64,000 nt of DNA from assembly GCF_009914755.1 (NCBI RefSeq), contig NC_060929.1; one strand, 5' to 3'. A program made the position numbers and the translations under genes. A model generated the notes under the pieces. It was not told where the DNA came from. It did not search any database and saw nothing but the letters and a program-made list of their open reading frames with translations. Below are positions 57,193-64,000 of this stretch, one piece after another; the stretch's first letter is position 1; every line of letters starts with the position of its first letter. The DNA is from the human T2T-CHM13v2.0 reference genome, Homo sapiens.

Positions 57193-57317
57193 TGAACCAC
57201 ACTCTGCCTCAGACCATTTCGCAACTGGTTTTTGTTCATCGTAGGATTCCATTCCTGCTTGTCCAGATGTGTTGACACAAAATTATCCACTTTCTGCCTC
57301 AGGTTTTGGTAAGCTGG
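57193..57317 (-). CDS. BOD1: BOD1 coding exon 2
   Basis: Acceptor ttttag|CCA, donor CA|gtaagt, 125 nt. Encodes PAYQNLRQKVDNFVSTHLDKQEWNPTMNKNQLRNGLRQSVV(Q), in phase with exon 1. Read by hand; absent from the ORF track. Confidence 0.96.
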
Positions 57318-58842
57318 CTAAAATGTTAAAAAGAGGAGGCAAGGTCAGAAGTTATATGCACCAAAGTTTTGAACTTAGTCTCTCAGAACACTGCTTTTCA
57401 CAGAAACGTTATTAAGTCTAAATACACTTCCACTGTGCATGAAGATCACCATGCAATGTGGCAGTCAGGAATTAATGGTTAACACAAGTGCCCACCTGAT
57501 GGTGGGTGGGCACAATGCCAGGCGCTTTACTTATATTATTCCATTTGCTTTTAAGTAACTCTACATGCAGCAGGCCTGACATCAACCCACAGCCTGGACC
57601 CACACCTGGGCAGCCTGCAGCCAAGCCACCAGCTGAAGCCTTCCTAGCTCAGCTGAACTTTGGTAGACCTGCCGCCCCATGAACATGTGAACAAGTGCTG
57701 GTTATAAGCTGCTGAGATTCAGTTTGCTATGCAGCATTACTGCGGCAAAGTTTGCTAACAGTCAGGGAAATGAAGTTGACAAAGGAACCAGCAGGCCTCA
57801 ATTCCATGACTGGCCTCTTCCAAAAGGTTGAGAGAGCAAACTCAAAGACTCCACTAAACCTGGAAAAGAGAAAGGCAAGGAAATGGGGGCAGAGGAGTAA
57901 AATTCACAGATACCATGTGCTATCTGCCTAGTAACGCCTTCTTTCTAGTAACTGTCTTCCTCTCTTCACAAGGGTAGGGCAGAGGGTGCCACAGGAGTGG
58001 GTGCCTGAGCCACGCTAAGACAATGCAGACATTCCCTGGGATTTCCCAGATTGGAGCTGACAGCCTCTCTCTAGAGGAAGAAGCTGTAAAATGTAATCAA
58101 GAGATACTAGTAACCAAATGGATGACTCCACTCTGAACCAACAGTAAAACAGATATCAACAGAGATGAAAGACAGAACGAATGGGGAATATCTGGTTCCA
58201 AACGCACGCCTACCACCCTCTGGGAGAGTTTGTTCGTTCAATCCTTCCCTGGATTCCGTAAGACAATAGATTCTCCCCTTTGCATAAAGCAGGTAGGATT
58301 ATTTTTGTCCCTTGTAAGCATAAATCCTGATGCCATACCGTCTACTCAAAATAACGCACCTGGTTTGAGATGATACGAACTGTTTACCGAAAAAGGACAA
58401 AGGACAGTGAACATCACCACCAAAACACGTAACAAACCCAGGCGATACAGAATCATCTCAGTTCAAGAAGTCAAAGGAACTCATGAGCCCACTCATAACG
58501 TTTTACTGTACTACCAACCCCTCCACCTGTTCACTTATCAGTTCAAAGTAAATTACAGTGCAAAGTAAATTACAGACATCTGTTCAATTTCCCCTAAATA
58601 CTTCAGCAGTCTGGGGTGGGGCCCAAAATGTGCATTTCTAACAAGTTCTCAGGTGATGCTGATGTTAATCCAAGCACCACGCTTTGAGAACCACTGGGCT
58701 GAAGCAACAAAGGTCTCAGATAAGATATGCCTGAAAAAACACTATCTTCAAGAACTAAAACAACCTGGAATTCTCAGAAGGAACAGCTAAGGAGCTGTAC
58801 ATGGGAAGGTTCCAACCACTCTCCCTCACCAGCCGCTCAAGA

Positions 58843-59058
58843 GGGTAGTCCCCTCCCCCCTCAGGGGATACGTTCCAAGATCCCCAGTGGGTGCCTGAAA
58901 CCTCAGGTAGTACTGAACCCTATATACACTACGCATGAATGTCTTTGAGGGCCATTATGAAGTAAAATAGGGGTTACCTGAACACAAGTACTTCCATACC
59001 GCAACAATTGGGTAAATGAAACCGCAGAAAGCAAAACCTTGGATGGGGCGGGCTACTG
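58843..59058 (-). mobile_element. MER44/Tigger7-derived MITE in intron 1
   Basis: gtagtcccc...ggggatacgttccaagatccccagtgg...aaccctatata; other end aaaccgcagaaagcaaaacc...ctactg-TA. Confidence 0.8.
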
Positions 59059-60198
59059 TAGTCGCTTTTGTTTTAAAATCACACACAAAACCTAACGGAA
59101 TATAAGAAATATGAATGGAGAACTTGTCCTAGGAAAGGTGAAAGCTCTGTCAATACAGATCTGGGATGTATATGTATTAAATTACTTTGTTTCAAGGACA
59201 GACTTCTAGTTGGGCTTTTCATCTTGGAGAAGGAACAGTGTATACCACTTTCTCTCTCTACATCCGTATTTACCACCTGGTTTATTTACATGTCAGTTTT
59301 CTAACCTAGACTATAAGTTTTGAGGATGGGGTAGTGACTTATTCCTGTAATCGCACAGCTTGGCAACTAGAGGCCAATAAACGTTCAACGAATAAACAGA
59401 CTACGTTTTTCCCTATCTTAAGGTCTAATTCTAAGCTCACAATCTTGCTGTGAGGTAAGCAAAATGTTTCCATGACAGGCTCTGGTAGGAGAAATCACTA
59501 CCCTGCAGGAGTCCAGTGACAGGGTCTCCTAACCTACAACCACAGTCGTGGCTAGACAAGTTTTGAAAAGGAAGAAAATGAACATTCCAGCAACTACTGT
59601 ATGTCTGATACTTAACACCCATTATTTCATTGAATCCAAACCACCCTGACGAGTAGGTAAAGTGAAATAGCGTTTTACTGGTGGGACTGACCAATGGCAT
59701 TAGGATCTAAACTAGGCACCAAATCTCCTTTTATCAATGATGAAGTGCAAAATAAGGGTGCTGTTTCTACAATTTATCTTAATTCAACGCCGTACTAGTC
59801 TGCAAAACAATGAGCTAGAGAAAAGGAATAAACAGCTATAAAATGGTGATGACTGTGTGTTCAAATCATTGTGTTTAATGCCAGCTTCTCCGTGGTGAGT
59901 ACGGAACAGGTGGAAATTCTAAAGCACGCTTGCTTATCTACTTGGTTTCGAAGTTTGTTATTAAGGGCCTCAGAGGAGTTCCATCTTGGGAATGATACGG
60001 TCTAGGCTCTAAAACCCACATTGAAACCCCAAGTTCGGAGAAGGGACTGGGTAAAATCACAACTAGTAGTAAATGTATCAGGCAGGAACCCACGTGTGCA
60101 TCGCTCAGAAAGCTCTCCGTACTGCCCCAAGCGGTGTAAGACCTCACCGCTGAGATTTCTAAGCTATCTTTTGTTTTGCTCTCGGCTTTCGAAAATCA

Positions 60199-60819
<621 letters not shown>

Positions 60820-60830
60820 CTAGCCGAGAG

Positions 60831-60900
60831 AAACTACAACTCCCGGCAGGGTTCGTGCTTGCTCGTCGCGATTTCGCGGGGTAATATGGGAACTGTAGGC
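60831..60900. promoter_or_regulatory. Two oppositely oriented ZNF143/THAP11 (SBS/M4, ACTAYRNNNCCCR) motifs flanking a TCGCGA core
   Basis: aaactacaactcccggcag at 60831 (+); tgggaactgtagg near 60887 (reverse copy); tcgcga near 60866. Confidence 0.7.
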
Positions 60901-61369
60901 GCAGGCCTCGTGATCGCTGCAACCCGCCAGGCCTTCCCCGCCAGGCCTTCCCCGCCCACTCTCTGCTCACTTCCCATTCAATCAACACGTCCCAGCAGTG
61001 CCCGATTATAACAGTCATCTGTGGGGCTGATTAAAAGTATAGATTACCAGAATTATTTCTTAAAGATTTTTATCCAGTATTTACGGGTCGAGACCTAGCA
61101 ATCTGTGCTTCAGCATGCACTCCCACGTCCTTCTTGAACAACATGTTCCGGGAAATTCCGGAAACAGTGGAACAGTCAAACTTCTATTGTTCAGAAATTT
61201 GTGAGTTTCCCTCCTTTTGGTTTTAATAGCAATGCATACTCATTTTAGAAAATTGGAAAATAACGGAAAAGTGTGAAGAAGAAAATAAAAGTTTTCCTTA
61301 AGTCTGTCTTATATGTGTGTGGATTTCCTCCCAAATATTAAATATTGTCAATCATAAGCCAATATTGAA

Positions 61370-61570
61370 TAATTGAAAAGTGTCAGGCGTGATGCTATGC
61401 ACTTTCCACGCACTTCTTCACGATAATTTAAAAAAGCAGATACATACTACTATTATTGCTATTTACAGACGTAGAAATGGAGGCAGAAGAAAGTTTGTTA
61501 ACCTAATCACATACCTAGAGGTAGAAAAGTAGGATTTGAACCCAGGTTTTGAGGATCTAAATCTTGCATT
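61370..61570 (-). mobile_element. MIR
   Basis: tttacagacgtagaaatggaggcaga...aggatttgaacccagg. Confidence 0.7.
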
Positions 61571-61799
61571 TTAGCCTGAGGTATCCTGAGAGCTAGTTGG
61601 TATCCCACAATAGGTAAGGCTTTATATCCTGATTTTTTTAAGTAGCCACAATTCACCATTGGAATCCTATAGCTGCCACCATTATCCTCTCTTCCCTTCA
61701 TCTTTTGCCTATTGTTAGCTCAGCTCCCCCTCCCAACCTCAGCAATTATGTCTGCTATTGTTGTTTCCTCATCTTACACAAGCAGCAGAGGGGATGTAA

Positions 61800-62204
<405 letters not shown>

Positions 62205-64000
62205 AAGAGAGTTTAAATTAACCCTCAAAAGAAACATTCAGGTGTTGGATTATACTCATCCTCTAACACCAGCTCAATCATTCACAATGGGTCAGTTAAT
62301 GACAAACATTCTCTCTTAATAGCTCACCATCCTTGAGATTACCTAATGTCTGTTCCTACTGGTTGACTCTACACTGATCACTCACCTTTAACCCCAGGAG
62401 AAGCCCAGTTCAGGCTGCCTCAGCCCCAGGTTCTTTCTTCTGCAAGCCCTTGATCACTCTGACTAGTCCCTTCTCCATTTTTGGCACCCCACATCTTACT
62501 CTCCTTCCTCAGGGAAAATTCTTCTGACCCCTAGACCCAATGAGATATTTCCTCCATGCTACAGAAACTCAAAGCCTCATTTTTTGTAGCAATTATTATA
62601 ATTGGAAGTGAATGATTTACAGACAAATTGGCCACCTGAGTCCCCTGATAGGGTGTAATAGTTAGAATGGGGACCACGACTTGTTCATCACTGTGTCTCC
62701 AGCTCTTAGCACGATAGTTCTTAGCTCAAAGAGAATGTATAAATTCCTGTCTGTTTCCTAAAGCTGTGGGATAGCATCACAGAGTGCGTGGGTAGGATTA
62801 TGTGTAGCCATAATCTTCAGAAAAGAAGGAGCATTCTAGCAGGAGATGATGGATGAATCTGTCATGACTTAAATAGGTAAGTGATCCTGGAGATTGTCTG
62901 CACTTGGTTCACACTGTGACAATTTCACTATCTGTCATGGGGACCTGTGTCTTGGTTGCTGGGTCTCTGAACATTGACAAAAGGCTGCATTCTGTATCCA
63001 TGACCTTCCCTCTGCAATCGAAGTAAATGATGAGGGATAAAAGGGGAAGGGGATGAGGAGTGAAGATGATCAAGCTGAAGGGAGGCTTATTATTTATCCA
63101 AACCGTGGAATAGGAGGCCTCCACAACATCCAAAATGTATTCTTCCCTTCAAGAGACATGTAATACACACCAGCAGTCATCAGAGAGCGCCATTGCTGTA
63201 TTAATAATCCAAAACATTCGGAAATGGCTGTGCGGAACATTGTTTTAACTTTGGCTTAGGTAGTAATCTGGTTTTCAGGTATCCTTCACGTAGCAAATTG
63301 TTGTTGCTTCTCAGTATTAAAACTTGTCTGTAATAAGTTGCCCGACCCCAAAGAATTACGCATTTTAGGTGCTGGAATATTTTTTGTTGAAGGCCACATG
63401 AAAAAGTAGAACTTCCCCAAGCCCAAATCTAGACCTCACTGAAACTGGAAAAGAAATGAGATCTATCATTTGCCAAGGGAGATATAAGAAAGTAGTCACA
63501 TGTATGGACTTTTTGCATCAGGTGACACTGGATTGGAATCCCAGCTGGCAAAGCTGGATCATCCCTCTGAACCTTAGTTTCCCCAGGACAGTGGAGAGGC
63601 TTAAGTGCCATTTCGGCAATCCATTTTAGCACAATTCCTGGTCTTTAGCAAATGTTTAATAACATATTATCATCATGAATTTACATTTGGGTCAGGAGGT
63701 GATTTAATTAACTTCTATTTCTCCTCTTAGCCTCTAAATTCCACAAAGGCAGGGATTGTCCATTTCAACCATCATTGCATCCCTAGCACCAAGAACAGTG
63801 CCTGGGACATCAGGCTCTCCACAAATATATGACGGATGAATGAAAAACAATAAAGGATGAGTGAATGGGAAATTTACTCTTCTAGGTATAGGATAAGGCC
63901 ATTTAAGACTTTTGATAATGCCCTGGACCAAATGTCAGAATATAGTCAATATTCAGAGGGGTCAAGTACAATCTAGGAATCTGTCCATAATATATGACTA

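Overview
Primate (human-like) genomic DNA, rich in interspersed repeats (Alu, L1, L2, MIR, MaLR/ERVL LTRs, MER DNA transposons). It contains one protein-coding gene, BOD1, on the minus strand at about 51.6-60.8 kb. BOD1 has three coding exons (60262-60498, 57193-57317, 53301-53496) that splice by GT-AG rules into 185 aa, plus a 3'-UTR exon starting at 52354 and a CpG-island promoter. The first ~51 kb is intergenic. Most ORF-track entries are chance or repeat-derived. I found no evidence of a new multi-gene system. The best leads are: an in-frame upstream ATG that could add an 89-aa proline-rich N-terminus to BOD1; unusual splice and poly(A) architecture around BOD1 exons 2-4; a 95-bp-arm near-perfect inverted repeat at 5870-6085; two co-oriented consensus CTCF sites; a THE1 element with discordant LTRs; and a ~540-bp purine/pyrimidine-asymmetric satellite. 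Repeat subfamily names come from recalled consensus sequences and their boundaries are approximate.
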